A DNA stretch of 64,000 bases from Opitutaceae bacterium (GCA_040382075.1 JBEIGD010000018.1:10161-74160), one strand, 5' to 3'. Positions 46,210-55,996 are shown, counted from the stretch's first letter. Program-made: numbers and translations. The notes: generated by a model from the sequence alone, not told the origin.

Positions 46210-48507
46210 TCAGCGGCTCGCTGGCATTCCGTAGACCTCGATCAGGACCACGCCGGCCTTGGCCGTCACGCTGGAGGCCTGCACGGTGTAGAGGCCTGGA
46301 TTGAGCGTGAGGACCACGGCGGAGTCCTTGCTGTTTGGTCCCGTGAACGCGAAGGCGCCGGTGGCGGCGTTGGCCGCCGTGATGGCGGTGCTGCCCTCCC
46401 AGCCAGCATTGCTCGCGATGGCGACGCGTTGGGCGTTGAATACGGTCAGCCTGGGATCGGCAAGCGTGCCAGGGACATTGAACGGAGCGCCGGCCAGACT
46501 CGGGCCACTGACCCGGATGAGCACCTGCAGCGGCGTGGTCCCGCCGATCACGAAGCCCGCGGTCAGGACGTCATTGGCAGGTACTTGCTGCAGGCAGGAT
46601 ACGTTGATGAGGCGGGGCCCGGTTGGAGAAAAGGCAGCGTTGCTGGTGAGGTCGTAGATCTCGGCGAGAACGGTGCCGGTCGCGGTACCCTTGCCCGCGA
46701 CTTGCATCGTGTAGGAGCCGACCTCGCGCGAGAGCGTCTGGACGGAGGCGGCGTCCTTGGAGGACGCCGACGCGAACGGAAATGCACCGGAGGCGGCCAA
46801 CGCGGAGGTGACGCTGGTTTGGTTCGAGTTCGTCGAGCCCCAGTCGTCGTTGGAGCCCGCCGCGGTCTGGCCGCGGAAAAGCGTCAACGTAGGGTCGGCG
46901 AGGGGAGTGCCCACGTTGAAACTCGCGAGGCTCGGTCCGGCGCCGCGCAAGAGGAGGTCTTGGGTGCCAGTCGGGCTGGAACCGCCGATCACGAAGCCCA
47001 CGGTCAGGAGCTGGCTGCCGGGGCCGGTGGGAGACAGAACGGAGAGATTGATCAGGCGCCCCGGCTGCGTTGCGGAGCCCGCGTCAGCCAGCGCGACCTT
47101 CACGCGGGCGGGAGCACTGGCGAGAAGGCCGTCGCTGACGACGAGCTCAAGCTCCAGTTCCGTAGCGGAGCTCGCAGCAGGCGCCGTGAAGGCGACCCGT
47201 GGACGGTCGGCGTTGCGGAGGGTGACGCTTGGACCGGAAACCTGAGTCCAGCGGTAGGTGATCGGGTCGAGGTTGGAGTCGGAGGAAGCTGAGCCATCGA
47301 TGGCCACCGGTCCACCCCGCGTCGCGGCAACCGCAGCGGGCGCCCGGGCGGTCGGAGCCTTGTTCGCGGCGTTCACGTAGCCGGGAAACTCGATCTGAGA
47401 GAAGATCGAGCAGCCAAAGGTGTTGGTCTGCCACGTGAACAGATTGCGGTTGGAGGCGTACCTCGAACGGAAGGCTTCGAACCGCGCGGTGAGAGCGGGG
47501 TCCTTGACCTCGTAGACGAATGTTCCCAGGTCGTTCATCCAGAAAGTGGTGGATTTGGAAGCAACCCACTCGGCATGGCGCGCCTTGAACGTCGGGTTCT
47601 GCGCGAGCTCTTGGGCGAGCGGACGGAGGTGGGCGCTCGTGTAGACCGCGATCGATTGCTCGACTTTCTTGGCGATGATGTCGATAGAGCCGTCGATCCA
47701 CCTGGCCTGCCGGTTAGCGACGATACGGTCCAGTGCCTCAGATGTGGGAACCTTCGTGGCCCAAAAGTGATGGTAGTTCAGCAGGTGGAAATGGGACAAG
47801 TTGGTGTTGTCGTTCAGTTGAAAGCCGCCGACCTCCTTTTCCGACGAGAGGATTACATCACAGTAGGGAGCGTAGGCTGCGACCCAGTCGAAGTAGCCGT
47901 TGTTGCAGTTGGTGGAGAAGTCTCCGACGATGGTGGAGTCGGGGAAGCTGGTCCGAAGATGGCTCATGTAGTCGAGCGAGTCGAAGTACTGGATTGCACC
48001 TTCGAAGAAAGCCCACGGGGCTCCGTGACCCAGGAAGCACAGCACAAAGCGGGAGGGGTTTGGTTCACGCTCGGCGATCAACGTGTTGAACACCTTGAGC
48101 GCATCGCGCACTTGGGCACTGATCGCAGGGTCGTAGTATCGGAGATTATTGGGATTCTTGATCTCGATCTTTCGGATCAGTTTGGACTGCTTGTAGGCGT
48201 TGAACGCGGCGAGCTCGCGGGGTTCGACTGCGGGGTCCCAGACGTCGCCGGTAAACCGATACAGCGAAAGGTAGGAGACTGAGTCTGCACTGCGTCCAAG
48301 TTCGATGTCATAGACCCCGTAGCCTGGCGCATCCTTGATGCGCATGTTGGTATGCCAGTTCCACGTCTGCGTCGTTGACTGACCCCAGCCGGGATTGGTC
48401 GAGGTGACGCACACCGCGACGGTGTTTTCAGCCGCGCGGCTCACGCCGCCGCAGAGAAGCACAACGGCGGCGACCAACCGCCAGCTAGCGGACCCAAGAG
48501 AATGCAC
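46210..48507 (-). CDS. Large modular secreted protein: uncharacterised N-terminal domain (possible clan-CD Cys-peptidase-like His/Cys dyad), PKD-like domain, and two tandem copies of a ~130-aa module
   Basis: GTG start and signal peptide. FLGHGAPW (His codon 48025-48027) and DFSTNCNNG (Cys codon 47905-47907). IDGSASSDSNLDPITYRWTQVSGP is PKD-like (47092-47346). Repeats RLINLS...GFVIGG...LADP.LT.F...GAF.F...SKD...Y...G..L.E.Y at 46648-47061 and 46228-46617. Confidence 0.55.
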   Translation of the reverse strand: MHSLGSASWRLVAAVVLLCGGVSRAAENTVAVCVTSTNPGWGQSTTQTWNWHTNMRIKDAPGYGVYDIELGRSADSVSYLSLYRFTGDVWDPAVEPRELAAFNAYKQSKLIRKIEIKNPNNLRYYDPAISAQVRDALKVFNTLIAEREPNPSRFVLCFLGHGAPWAFFEGAIQYFDSLDYMSHLRTSFPDSTIVGDFSTNCNNGYFDWVAAYAPYCDVILSSEKEVGGFQLNDNTNLSHFHLLNYHHFWATKVPTSEALDRIVANRQARWIDGSIDIIAKKVEQSIAVYTSAHLRPLAQELAQNPTFKARHAEWVASKSTTFWMNDLGTFVYEVKDPALTARFEAFRSRYASNRNLFTWQTNTFGCSIFSQIEFPGYVNAANKAPTARAPAAVAATRGGPVAIDGSASSDSNLDPITYRWTQVSGPSVTLRNADRPRVAFTAPAASSATELELELVVSDGLLASAPARVKVALADAGSATQPGRLINLSVLSPTGPGSQLLTVGFVIGGSSPTGTQDLLLRGAGPSLASFNVGTPLADPTLTLFRGQTAAGSNDDWGSTNSNQTSVTSALAASGAFPFASASSKDAASVQTLSREVGSYTMQVAGKGTATGTVLAEIYDLTSNAAFSPTGPRLINVSCLQQVPANDVLTAGFVIGGTTPLQVLIRVSGPSLAGAPFNVPGTLADPRLTVFNAQRVAIASNAGWEGSTAITAANAATGAFAFTGPNSKDSAVVLTLNPGLYTVQASSVTAKAGVVLIEVYGMPASR

Positions 48508-48600
48508 GGTCGCTTGTCGCGCTCGGCATCTTGCCCGTCAAGCGCCTTTTCACCATGGACTTGCGAGAGCGCGTAGCGACCGAAGCGCCGGCCCCCGCGG

Positions 48601-50013
48601 CTAGGTCGCCGGGGTCGAGGGCGCCGCCGCGACGGGCTCGAGGGTCTTGGCGAGGACGCGCGGATTGCGGCCACTTTCCTCGTAGGTCTTGAGCCGGGCT
48701 TCGGGCAGGATGGACTTGTCCGCTTCCTCGAAGCCGGCCACGCCGGTGAAGAAGCCGAAGTTCTGCGTCGACAGGGCGACGAGCGTGGTGGCGCCCTTCT
48801 CCTTGGCGCGCAGCGACGCGTACTCGACCATCTTCCGGCCGATGCCGCGGTTGTGGTAGAAGGGCAGCACGTAGAGTGTGCCGAGTTCCGCCATCGTCGG
48901 GTGGCCGGGGTAGAAATAGAGGGTGACGCAGGCGATGATGTTCTCGTCGATCTCGAACACGTAGAACTGATCGATGTTCTTCTCGATTGCCTGCTGGGTG
49001 CGGTGGATCAGCTCCTCGCGTTTCACGCCTCCCCGGATGAGGGAGTAGAGGGCGCGCACGTCGCGACGGGTGGCGCGGCGGATCTGCTGGTAGTCATTGC
49101 CGTAGACGAGGGAACCGACACCCTCGCCGGAGAAGATCTCGTTGAGCAGCCCGTCGAGGAGACGGCCGTCGACGATGTGCACGCGGGGCGTGCCGGTCTC
49201 GATCGCGCGCACCGCATTCTGGGCCTTGCTGCGGACGAGCTCGGCGATCCGCTCCGGCTTGGTCCGGAGGATGTCGCGCAGGACATCGATGGAAACTTCG
49301 CGGCGGATCTCGCCGTCGATCTCCATCCCGGGGGCGGGAGTGAGGTAGATGATCTTCGTCGCCAGCAGCGCCTCCGCGAGCTCGGCGGCGAGCAGGTCGG
49401 AATTGATCCGCAGCGATTTCCCGTCCGGGCCGAAGCCGATGGGCTGGATGATCGGCACGATGCCCTCGTCGAGGATGTGCGTGATGAAGTCGCGGTCGAC
49501 CCGCTCAACCTTGCCGGTGAGTTGTTGATCGACGCCCTTGATGATGCCCACGGGCAGCGCCCGCACCGCATTCGTCAGCGCGGCCTTGAGCGAGTTCTGG
49601 GTCAGGCCTTCCAGCACCAAGTGGGAAACCCGCGCCGAAGCCCGGATCGCGAGATCGAGCGTCGCGGCATCGGTCACGCCGGTGCCGTCATTGTTGGTGA
49701 TCGGGACGCCGCGGAGCACGGACAGTTCCTGGATCTGCTGGCCGATGCCGTGGACCAGGACGACCTTGATGCCGAGGGAGCGGAGGACCGCGATGTCGAC
49801 CAGGAGATTGCCGAAGTTGTCGTCGGCGACGATCGAGCCGTCGAGCGCGAGGACGAAGATCTGGCCTTGGAAACGCGGGACGTACTTGAGGATCCCGCGC
49901 AGGTCGGTGGGCTTGATCGTGGCGGTGGTCGCGGCCACGGTCGGGACTCCGCCGGCGGAGGGGGCGGCGGCGGTGGACACGGGCGAGGCAGCGGGGCCGG
50001 GACCTTGGCTCAT
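48601..50013 (-). CDS. argA: N-acetylglutamate synthase-like protein (amino-acid kinase domain + GNAT domain)
   Basis: AAK-domain motifs (IFVLALDGS, KVVLVHGIGQQI) and a C-terminal GNAT (YVLPFYHNRGIGRKMVEYA). Confidence 0.7.
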   Translation of the reverse strand: MSQGPGPAASPVSTAAAPSAGGVPTVAATTATIKPTDLRGILKYVPRFQGQIFVLALDGSIVADDNFGNLLVDIAVLRSLGIKVVLVHGIGQQIQELSVLRGVPITNNDGTGVTDAATLDLAIRASARVSHLVLEGLTQNSLKAALTNAVRALPVGIIKGVDQQLTGKVERVDRDFITHILDEGIVPIIQPIGFGPDGKSLRINSDLLAAELAEALLATKIIYLTPAPGMEIDGEIRREVSIDVLRDILRTKPERIAELVRSKAQNAVRAIETGTPRVHIVDGRLLDGLLNEIFSGEGVGSLVYGNDYQQIRRATRRDVRALYSLIRGGVKREELIHRTQQAIEKNIDQFYVFEIDENIIACVTLYFYPGHPTMAELGTLYVLPFYHNRGIGRKMVEYASLRAKEKGATTLVALSTQNFGFFTGVAGFEEADKSILPEARLKTYEESGRNPRVLAKTLEPVAAAPSTPAT

Positions 50014-50146
50014 CGAGGTTTGTCGCTGGAGTCTCGCCGCTTCCGCCTTCTCCCGTCAATCATTGGATTAAGGCGGCCTCGACCGATCGCCGCCGCAGAA
50101 TTGTGTGGATTCTGGCTCGTTAAGTCTGCGATTCTCCCCGGCTGTC

Positions 50147-50635
50147 ATGAACCCTGTTCTCAAGCTTCTCTCCGAAGGCGCCGCCGTGTCGACCGACCAG
50201 ATGGCGCAGGTGCTGGGCCTCGCTTCCGCAGAGGTCGAGCGGCAGCTTGAGCTGCTGAAGTGCGAACGCATCCTTCTGGGCTGGCGGCCGGTGCTGGATC
50301 TCTCCGCGCAGAGCGAGGGAGCGTCCGCCGTGCGTGCCGTCATCGAGGTCAAGATCACGCCCGAACGCGGCGGCGGCTTCAATCGTCTCGCGGAGCGGAT
50401 CAGCCGCTTCGATGAAGTGGAATCCGCCTACCTCATGTCCGGCGGCTACGATCTGCTCGTCTTTGTCCGTGGATCGTCCCTGCAGAAGGTGGCGGGCTTT
50501 GTCTCGGAAAAGCTCTCCACGCTCGAAGGCGTCCTCTCGACGTCGACGCATTTCATGCTCCGCTGCTACAAGGAACAGGGCTTCCTCGTGGAGACGGGAG
50601 ACGCGTCGAGCACGCGCCTGACGATCGCTCCCTGA
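50147..50635 (+). CDS. Lrp/AsnC-family transcriptional regulator
   Basis: Start at ATG 50147. HTH (STDQMAQVLGLASAEVERQLELL) plus a RAM/ACT-like domain (AVIEVKITPE...VESAYLMSGGYDLLVFV). Confidence 0.8.
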   Translation: MNPVLKLLSEGAAVSTDQMAQVLGLASAEVERQLELLKCERILLGWRPVLDLSAQSEGASAVRAVIEVKITPERGGGFNRLAERISRFDEVESAYLMSGGYDLLVFVRGSSLQKVAGFVSEKLSTLEGVLSTSTHFMLRCYKEQGFLVETGDASSTRLTIAP

Positions 50636-50655
50636 CCGGGTCTGGCGGTCCTTCA

Positions 50656-51861
50656 ATGCCTGCAACTGCACCGACGATCATGAGTGACGATGCGAAACGC
50701 TGGGTGGCGAGCCACATCGCCGCGCTGCCGAAGAGCGGCATCCGGGATTTCTTCGAGCTGGTGGCGAAGATGAAGGGGCAGGACGTGATCTCGCTCGGAG
50801 TCGGAGAACCCGATTTCGTGACGCCATGGCATGTGCGCGAGGCGGCCATCTTCGCGTTGGAACGGGGCAAGACGTACTACACGTCGAATCTCGGCCTTCT
50901 CGAGCTGCGTCGGGCGATCTCGACCTACGTCGGCGAACACTTCCGGGTCGATTACCGCCCCGAGGACCAAGTCATCGTGACCGTGGGCGTGAGCGAGGCG
51001 CTGGATCTGGCCTTCCGTGCGTTCTGCAATCCGGGCGACAAGGTGATGTTCCACCAGCCCTGCTACGTTTCCTATGCGCCGAGCATCGCGCTGGTCCATG
51101 CGACCGCGATCGCAGTCCCCACCTTCGCCAAGGACAATTTCGCGCTGACCGCCGAGGCGCTCCGGGCGGCGTGGCAACCGGGCGCAAAGATCCTGATGCT
51201 CAACCTCCCGTGCAACCCCACGGGTGGGACCTGCTCGCTCGAGCAGCTGCAGAAGATCGCTGAATTCTGCCGCGAGAAGGATCTCTTGGTGCTGAGTGAC
51301 GAGATCTACTCCGAGCTCACCTTCGAGGGCACGCACACCAGCATCGCCAGCCTTCCGGGGATGGCTGAGCGCACGATCTTCCTGCACGGATTCTCCAAGG
51401 CCTTCGCGATGACCGGCTGGCGCATCGGCTACGCCTGCGGTCCGGCGACGCTGATTGATGCGATGATGAAGGTGCACCAGTATTCCATGATGTGCGCCTC
51501 GATCATCGCCCAGGAGGGCGCCCTCGAGGCCCTCACGCGCGGCTGGGATGGTGTCCTCAAGATGCGCGAGCAGTACCACCGCCGGCGCGACCTGATCGTG
51601 CGGCGTTTCAACGAGCTCGGCCTGACCTGTCACTCACCGCGTGGCTCCTTCTACGCGTTTCCGGATGTCCGCGCGACCGGCATGACCGAGAAGGAATTCG
51701 CCGTCGGCCTCCTCGAAAAGGAGAAGGTCGCCGTCGTGCCGGGTCTCGCCTTCGGCGAGAACGGTCGCGGCCACGTCCGGGCCTGCTTCGCCACCAGCTA
51801 CGAGCAGATCGGCGTCGCCTGCGATCGCATCGAGCACTTCCTTTCCACGCGGTCGTCCTGA
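50656..51861 (+). CDS. Class I/II pyridoxal-phosphate aminotransferase
   Basis: LGVGEPDFVTP, NPTGG and the PLP-lysine context FSKAFAMTGWRIGY. Confidence 0.85.
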   Translation: MPATAPTIMSDDAKRWVASHIAALPKSGIRDFFELVAKMKGQDVISLGVGEPDFVTPWHVREAAIFALERGKTYYTSNLGLLELRRAISTYVGEHFRVDYRPEDQVIVTVGVSEALDLAFRAFCNPGDKVMFHQPCYVSYAPSIALVHATAIAVPTFAKDNFALTAEALRAAWQPGAKILMLNLPCNPTGGTCSLEQLQKIAEFCREKDLLVLSDEIYSELTFEGTHTSIASLPGMAERTIFLHGFSKAFAMTGWRIGYACGPATLIDAMMKVHQYSMMCASIIAQEGALEALTRGWDGVLKMREQYHRRRDLIVRRFNELGLTCHSPRGSFYAFPDVRATGMTEKEFAVGLLEKEKVAVVPGLAFGENGRGHVRACFATSYEQIGVACDRIEHFLSTRSS

Positions 51862-51925
51862 CCGCACCTTGGCGCTCCGGCGGTTCTCGCCGGCTCGCTT
51901 TCCCTGATCCGATCCCTTTTCCACT

Positions 51926-53437
51926 ATGTCGCGCACCGTTGCCATCGTCGGTCGTCCGAACGTCGGCAAGAGCCGCCTCTTCAATCGGCTGGCGCGCAAG
52001 CGCATCTCGATCGTCCATGACCAGCCGGGCGTGACGCGCGACATCATCTCGGCGCCGATCGCTGACGGTGACTACATGCTCCTCGATACCGGCGGCCTCG
52101 GCTTGAAGGGTGGCGAGACCGGGCGCGAGCTGATCGCGGCTTCGGAGCGGCAGGTGGACTTCGCCATCGAAGCGGCGGAGGTGGTCCTTCTCGTGATCGA
52201 CGGTCTGGAAGGACTCACGGCGCTGGACGAGAAAATCGCTGGGCAGCTCCGCCGGACGGGCAAGTCGATCATCACGGTGGTCAACAAGGCGGACTTTGGG
52301 GAGGAGAAGATCGACGTCGGCCAGGTGCACCGGCTCGGACTCGGTGAGCCGATCTTCGTGTCGGCGGAGCATGGGCGGGGGGAAGAATTGTTGCGGGATG
52401 AGATCCTGCGTCGCCTCGGGCCGTCGGAAAGTGGTGAGGCGCCGGCGCGTACCGCGGCTGATCCCCTCTGCGTGTGCTTCGTCGGACGGCCGAACGTCGG
52501 AAAGTCGTCCCTGAGTAACCGCCTCCTCGCGAGCGACCGACTCATCGTGAGTCCGGTGCCGGGTACGACCCGGGATGCGGTGGAGATTCCCTTCGAGTAC
52601 AAGGGGCGCGACGGGCGGATGCATCCGTTCCGGCTGATCGATACGGCGGGCATCCGGGCGCAGACGAAGCTTTCCTCGCCCGTGGAGTATTTCTCGCGCC
52701 TGCGCTCGCTCGACGCGATCAAGAACACGGATGTCGTCTTCCTCGTGCTCGACGCGGTCGAGGGTGTGACGCAGCAGGACAAAGCAGTCGCCGGTGAGGC
52801 CGTGAAGGAGCACAAACCGATCGTCGTGGTGGTGAACAAGTGGGACCTCGTGCATCGCGCGTTCGAGGATCCCCTCGGCATCCAGGGCTACGAGAGCGAG
52901 CGTGACTACCGGACCAAGTACGAAAGGGCGGTCTTTGATCGCCTGTTCTTCACGCCGGGTTCGCCCCTCGTCTTTGTGTCGGCGATGAGTGGATACGAAG
53001 TGGATCGGATGCTCAACGCGGCGGTGCGTCTGCATCGCGAGCTGGATCGCAAGCTGCCGACTGCGCGCCTCAATGCGGTGCTGGAGCGGCTGGCGGACCG
53101 CAATCCGCCGCCGGCGATCGCAGGGCGGCGCTTCCGGATCTACTATGCCACCCAGACGGGCAACCGCCCGTTCCGGATCAAGATTTTCTGCAATCGCGAG
53201 GAGAAGCTGACCGAGAGCTACCGCCGCTACCTGGAGGCTGGTATCGTGGAGGAGTTCGGCCTCAACGGCTGTCCGGTGCTGTTCGACCTCGTCGGTAAGG
53301 AGCGGGAGCGCTCGCGGGGTGGCTCGGGCGAGGCGCCCGCAGCCGGTCGCGAGGACGCGCGGGCGCCGCGGCGTGCGCCGCGGAACCGGCAGAAGCTACT
53401 CGAGAAACTACCTCAGAATGAAACGCTCGAAGACTGA
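51926..53437 (+). CDS. der: Ribosome-biogenesis GTPase Der (EngA), two G domains + KH-like domain with a basic C-terminal tail
   Basis: VAIVGRPNVGKSRLFNRL and a second P-loop VCFVGRPNVGKSSLSNRL. DTGG/DTAG and NKAD/NKWD motifs. Confidence 0.9.
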   Translation: MSRTVAIVGRPNVGKSRLFNRLARKRISIVHDQPGVTRDIISAPIADGDYMLLDTGGLGLKGGETGRELIAASERQVDFAIEAAEVVLLVIDGLEGLTALDEKIAGQLRRTGKSIITVVNKADFGEEKIDVGQVHRLGLGEPIFVSAEHGRGEELLRDEILRRLGPSESGEAPARTAADPLCVCFVGRPNVGKSSLSNRLLASDRLIVSPVPGTTRDAVEIPFEYKGRDGRMHPFRLIDTAGIRAQTKLSSPVEYFSRLRSLDAIKNTDVVFLVLDAVEGVTQQDKAVAGEAVKEHKPIVVVVNKWDLVHRAFEDPLGIQGYESERDYRTKYERAVFDRLFFTPGSPLVFVSAMSGYEVDRMLNAAVRLHRELDRKLPTARLNAVLERLADRNPPPAIAGRRFRIYYATQTGNRPFRIKIFCNREEKLTESYRRYLEAGIVEEFGLNGCPVLFDLVGKERERSRGGSGEAPAAGREDARAPRRAPRNRQKLLEKLPQNETLED

Positions 53438-54329
53438 GTATCGGGGCGGCGCGGCGCTGAGCCTCCGCACTCCGCGGCTGGAGTTGGTGGTCACGACCGA
53501 TCGCGGCCCCCGGGTGGTGTCCTTCCGCATGACGGGCGGAGGGGGTAAAAATCTCTTCATCGAATTCCCCGAGGATGCGCCCCGTGCGCACGGCCTCGCC
53601 CTCCTCGGTGGACATCGTTTGTGGCACGCGCCCGAGGCGATTCCCCGGACCTACCAGCCCGACGACCTGCCCCTGGCCGTGCGGCCGCTGCCGGCCGGCG
53701 TGTCGCTGCGCCAGCCGGTCGAGCCCCTGACCGGCTTGGAGAAGGGCATGCGGATCGAGGGTGTGGGCCCCGGTACCGTGCGCGTCACCCATACCCTCAC
53801 GAACCGTGGAGCGTGGCCCGTGGAGACCGCGCCGTGGGCGCTGACGATGCTGAGGCCGGGTGGGTACGCGGTGCTGCCCCTTCCGCCCAAGGGAAGTCAC
53901 GCCGCGGGCGATCTGCTGCCAGGCGGCGCGCTGATTCCCTGGACGTATACCGATCTGTCTCTGCCGCTTTGGCAGTTCCACCGGGATTTCATCGGCCTCG
54001 ACGTCGGCCGCGCGAAGGCTGCCCAGAAACTGGGCCTGACCGCGTACCCGGGCTGGTCGGCTTACTGGCTCGACGGGCAAGTTTTCGTGAAGCAGGCACG
54101 GCGTGTCGCCGGCGCAAAGTATCCGGATCTTGGATCATGTTTTGAGGTCTTCACCAATGGGGCGGTGATCGAGCTGGAGACGCTTGGTCCGCTGGTAAGT
54201 CTCGAGCCGGGGCGCTCCGCCACGCATGTCGAGCACTGGACGATCCTTGCCGACTCGCCGCGCCCGGATTCCCCCGCCGCGTTTGCGCGCTTGGCGAGCC
54301 GGGTGGGTGCTTGGATGAAAGGCCTCTGA
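53418..54329 (+). CDS. Conserved hypothetical protein (possibly mutarotase-like all-beta fold)
   Basis: Start at ATG 53418 overlaps the der tail by 20 nt. No motif I can name with certainty. Codon usage is coherent and no competing frame exists. Confidence 0.45.
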   Translation: MKRSKTEYRGGAALSLRTPRLELVVTTDRGPRVVSFRMTGGGGKNLFIEFPEDAPRAHGLALLGGHRLWHAPEAIPRTYQPDDLPLAVRPLPAGVSLRQPVEPLTGLEKGMRIEGVGPGTVRVTHTLTNRGAWPVETAPWALTMLRPGGYAVLPLPPKGSHAAGDLLPGGALIPWTYTDLSLPLWQFHRDFIGLDVGRAKAAQKLGLTAYPGWSAYWLDGQVFVKQARRVAGAKYPDLGSCFEVFTNGAVIELETLGPLVSLEPGRSATHVEHWTILADSPRPDSPAAFARLASRVGAWMKGL

Positions 54330-54330
54330 C

Positions 54331-55356
54331 GTGGAGGGTGCCGTGAACGACCGGGAGCCCCTGCGGATCGTTTTCCTGGGATCGGACGCGATCGCGTTGC
54401 CGCTGCTGGAGTCACTGCAGTCCGATGCGTGGGCGATCGCCCGGGTCGTGGGGGTGTTCACGCAGCCGGACCGTCCGGCGGGGCGAGGCCAGCGCGCCTT
54501 GCCGGGGCCGATCAAGGTCTGGGCGGAGCGCGCGGGGTTGCCGGTCCATCAGCCCGAGCGGTTTGATGAGTCGGCACGGCAGGCCCTGGCTGCACTGAAA
54601 CCCGACGTCACGTTGGTCATGGCGTACGGCCACATCTTGCGTGATGACGTGATCGCGACGCCGAGTCTGGGCACGTTGAACCTGCATACCTCCCTCCTTC
54701 CGCGCTACCGCGGAGCCTCGCCGATCCAGACCGCGGTGGCCTCGGGCGACGACCGGACGGGCGTCACCCTGATGCGGATTGTGCGGGCTCTGGATGCCGG
54801 CCCGGTGGCGGACGTGGAGCCGGTCGCCATCGGACCCTTGGACACCGCGCTCGACGTGGAGGCCCGTCTGGCGTCCGCCAGTGATCGACTGGTGTCACGC
54901 GCGCTGCCGCTGCTGCGGACCGGCAGCCTGCGCTTTGTCGAGCAGGACGATGGCCGGGCGACCTACTGCCGCCGGCTCGCGAAGGAGGATGGAGCGTTGG
55001 ACTTCGGCCGATCGGCGCGGGAACTGGCGGCGCGCATCCGCGGACTGAACCCGTGGCCCGGCTGCGCCTTCCCGTGGGGGGATGGCATGATCAAGGTCGG
55101 GCTAGCCGAGGCCATCGCCGGTGGTGCGACCGGCGTGCCCGGGACGATTGCCGCGGCCGGGGAGGCCGGGGTGGATGTCGTGACCGCGGAGGGCGTGGTG
55201 CGCTTCCTGCGGCTGCAGCGTGCGGGCGGACGCATGCTGCCCGCTGGCGAGTTTGTTCGCGGCTGTCCGCTTCCGATCGGAACGGTTCTGATCTCCCGGC
55301 CGATGCGACCGCTGGTCTCGGACCGTCCTTTTCCCCACCGTCCGGCGGCGAGCTGA
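54331..55356 (+). CDS. fmt: Methionyl-tRNA formyltransferase
   Basis: RIVFLGSDAIALPLLESL...VFTQPDRPAGRGQ...LNLHTSLLPRYRGASPIQ. GTG start (54331 or 54343). Confidence 0.9.
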   Translation: MEGAVNDREPLRIVFLGSDAIALPLLESLQSDAWAIARVVGVFTQPDRPAGRGQRALPGPIKVWAERAGLPVHQPERFDESARQALAALKPDVTLVMAYGHILRDDVIATPSLGTLNLHTSLLPRYRGASPIQTAVASGDDRTGVTLMRIVRALDAGPVADVEPVAIGPLDTALDVEARLASASDRLVSRALPLLRTGSLRFVEQDDGRATYCRRLAKEDGALDFGRSARELAARIRGLNPWPGCAFPWGDGMIKVGLAEAIAGGATGVPGTIAAAGEAGVDVVTAEGVVRFLRLQRAGGRMLPAGEFVRGCPLPIGTVLISRPMRPLVSDRPFPHRPAAS

Positions 55357-55422
55357 CCTCCGTTCGGGGACGCCCTGAAAAGCTCCGCTTGTTTTCTCGA
55401 CGGGGTTTTAGCACAGTCCGGC

Positions 55423-55986
55423 ATGCGGTTCCCCTTCTTGCTGCTGCTGTCGCTTGCCGCGGTGACGGTGCGGGGTCAGTCCTCGGTCGACTTCGCCAAC
55501 CTCCGCGAAGATGTTCGCCTGTTGTCGCAACGTGTCGGAGAGCTTTCGTTGCGCGTGGAGCAACTGGAGCGCGAGAACGCACAGTTGCGTGCGCAGACGG
55601 CGGGATCGGGGCGTGACTATGCCACGCTGGCCCAGCTGAACGAGGCGGTGGCGGAGATCAATCGCGTGATCAAGGCCTCGGTGAGTTCCTCCCGCACGGA
55701 GACGCTGGAGACGGTGTCACGGCGCATGGACCAGTTGGCGCAGCAGACGGATGCGGCGATCCAGGCGTTGGCGAAGGGGGGCGGACCTCGAGCCGTCGCG
55801 GCGCCGTCATTTACGGGTGAGTTCCCGAAGGAGGGCATCAGTTACACCGTTCAAAAAGGGGACACCGTGGCGATCATCGCCAAGCGGACGGGGGCGCGAG
55901 CGGCGGACATCATCAACGCCAACAAGCTTACCGACCCCTCGCTGATTTTCGTCGGACAGGTCCTCTTCATCCCCGGAGGCAAGTGA
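55423..55986 (+). CDS. Secreted coiled-coil protein with C-terminal LysM peptidoglycan-binding domain
   Basis: Signal peptide MRFPFLLLLSLAAVTVRGQ. Heptad-like LSLRVEQLERENAQLRAQ. LysM sequence YTVQKGDTVAIIAKRTGARAADIINANKLTDPSLIFVGQVLFIPG. Confidence 0.8.
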   Translation: MRFPFLLLLSLAAVTVRGQSSVDFANLREDVRLLSQRVGELSLRVEQLERENAQLRAQTAGSGRDYATLAQLNEAVAEINRVIKASVSSSRTETLETVSRRMDQLAQQTDAAIQALAKGGGPRAVAAPSFTGEFPKEGISYTVQKGDTVAIIAKRTGARAADIINANKLTDPSLIFVGQVLFIPGGK

Positions 55987-55996
55987 TTTTCCCACC

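Noticed and set aside
53418-53437. 20-nt overlap between der and the downstream hypothetical gene as possible programmed frameshift or fusion.
   Set aside because: Both frames have their own plausible start and stop, and the der tail is a basic low-complexity extension. An alternative downstream start cannot be excluded, and nothing suggests recoding.
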